A stretch of DNA of 64,000 nucleotides from Deltaproteobacteria bacterium RBG_16_49_23. Its GTDB lineage: Bacteria; Desulfobacterota; BSN033; UBA1163. The position numbers were made by a program, and so were the translations under genes. Numbering within the stretch: the first letter of the stretch is position 1; every line of letters starts with the position of its first letter. The DNA lies in contig MGQQ01000144.1 of assembly GCA_001798855.1 (NCBI GenBank), forward strand, positions 6,711 to 70,710, in the 5' to 3' direction. The notes beneath the pieces were generated by a model. It saw nothing but the letters and a program-made list of their open reading frames with translations, did not search any database and was not told the DNA's origin. This document shows positions 63,191-64,000 of this stretch, piece after piece.

Positions 63191-63979
63191 ATGGAACCAA
63201 ATTCCGCAATCCGCAATCCGCAATCCGAAATCCTGAAAGGGCTTTTCATCGGGACAAGCGGCTATAACTATCCCCACTGGTGGAATGGGGTCTTCTATCC
63301 ATCTGATCTACCTCAGAGAAAATGGCTCGAATTCTATGCTCAATATTTTAACACCGTCGAGATCAATGTCACCTTCTATCGCCTGCCGAAGAAGGAGGTC
63401 TTCGAAGGATGGTATAAGCGGACACCGAAAGGGTTCTCCTTTGCCGTCAAAGGAAGCCGGTTCATCACCCATATGAAACGGCTGAAGGATTGCAGGGAGC
63501 CCCTCTCCCTCCTTTTGGACCATGCCTCGCCGTTAAAAGAGAAGATGGGAGCTGTGCTATGGCAACTTCCCCCCCGGTTTCCTTTCGAGAAGGAAAGGCT
63601 GGAAGAGTTCTGTGTCCTCCTTTCAACCCTTCTCCGTTCCAAATCCCTTCGCCACGTCTTTGAGTTCAGGGACGAATCCTGGATTTGCCAGGATGCTTTT
63701 CGGATACTCGAAGAATTTCATTTCGGCCTCTGCATCGCCCATGGTTCCGGCCTTCCCTCTATCGACAGGATCACAGGCAACTTCGTCTACCTTCGCCTCC
63801 ATGGAGGCGAGGTTCTCTATGGCTCTGACTATTCCGATAAGGAATTAAAAGGATGGGCTGAAAAGATTGGAACATGGAGAAAAAAGGGGAAAGATGTATT
63901 CGTCTATTTCAACAACGACGCCTATGGCTTAGCCGTCAAAAATGGGCTCCATCTAAAAAAATTATTAAACCAAGGTTGA
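63191..63979 (+). CDS. DUF72 (UPF0759/YecE-like) protein
   Basis: FIGTSGYNYPHWWNGVFYP...WLEFYAQYFNTVEINVTFYRLP is the DUF72 signature. The true start is uncertain because the first 14 or so codons are heptamer repeat. Confidence 0.75.
   Translation: MEPNSAIRNPQSEILKGLFIGTSGYNYPHWWNGVFYPSDLPQRKWLEFYAQYFNTVEINVTFYRLPKKEVFEGWYKRTPKGFSFAVKGSRFITHMKRLKDCREPLSLLLDHASPLKEKMGAVLWQLPPRFPFEKERLEEFCVLLSTLLRSKSLRHVFEFRDESWICQDAFRILEEFHFGLCIAHGSGLPSIDRITGNFVYLRLHGGEVLYGSDYSDKELKGWAEKIGTWRKKGKDVFVYFNNDAYGLAVKNGLHLKKLLNQG
63199..63233. repeat. heptamer tandem repeat (CCGCAAT x3 + CCGAAAT, family D)
   Basis: AAATTCCGCAATCCGCAATCCGCAATCCGAAATCC. It lies inside the annotated 5' end of the DUF72 ORF. Confidence 0.7.
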
Positions 63980-64000
63980 ACCCAACCCTAATCGGGGCTT

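Noticed and set aside
1-64000. tRNA, rRNA, tmRNA, riboswitch, integrase or transposase genes
   Set aside because: I scanned the intergenic gaps longer than 100 bp by eye. I found no cloverleaf-compatible 70-90-nt segment, no rRNA-like conserved block and no recombinase motifs in the ORF track. Absence should be confirmed with tRNAscan-SE, Infernal/Rfam and ISfinder searches.

Overview
This is a 64-kb bacterial chromosomal segment. GC is roughly 45-50%, judged from hand counts of a few lines. The taxon cannot be assigned from the sequence alone. The gene content suggests an anaerobe or microaerophile: sigma54 regulator, octaheme cytochrome c, MOP-type molybdoenzyme, ADP-forming acyl-CoA synthetase alpha subunit and an archaeal-type riboflavin kinase. 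I support about 55 CDS. I saw no rRNA, tRNA, CRISPR array, transposase, integrase or phage genes.

Main blocks:
1. 1-3022: a flavin-related trio plus a UPF0261 protein.
2. 3137-15903: a LysR regulator diverging from a nine-gene same-strand array. It holds two CrtI-family flavoenzymes bracketing a 78-aa ORF, an SDR, a fused 2x[2Fe-2S]/molybdopterin oxidoreductase, a three-gene phenylphosphate-synthase-like split dikinase module and an HD hydrolase. This is my best candidate for an undescribed system.
3. 16082-19255: an octaheme cytochrome c convergent with an esterase.
4. 19.3-29.9 kb: a repeat-riddled accessory stretch. It contains a GC-rich PhzF island, an orphan ACD alpha subunit, a QueG-like Fe-S protein, exported proteins of unknown function, a DUF4258/YgiT toxin-antitoxin pair, a DUF4139 protein and a Usp.
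5. 30844-34451: two secreted proteins sharing a DTTPPS C-terminal tag, followed by decayed gene fragments.
6. 35612-49489: AlaX, an MFS transporter, a NEW3+ABC export operon, ThrC, a GAF histidine kinase, an orphan KAS and a UbiA prenyltransferase.
7. 49490-50364: an AT-rich island with two tandem small hydrophobic peptide ORFs.
8. 50365-57296: an aminotransferase-LivKHMGF-BKACE operon.
9. 57457-62004: a ZraPSR-like envelope-stress module with a consensus sigma54 promoter.
10. 62274-63979: a rhomboid protease and a DUF72 protein.

At least five families of short interspersed repeats fill the intergenic DNA. Two of them are MITE-like elements with terminal inverted repeats. Several gene ends lie inside these repeats. 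All functional calls come from motif recognition by eye, not from searches.
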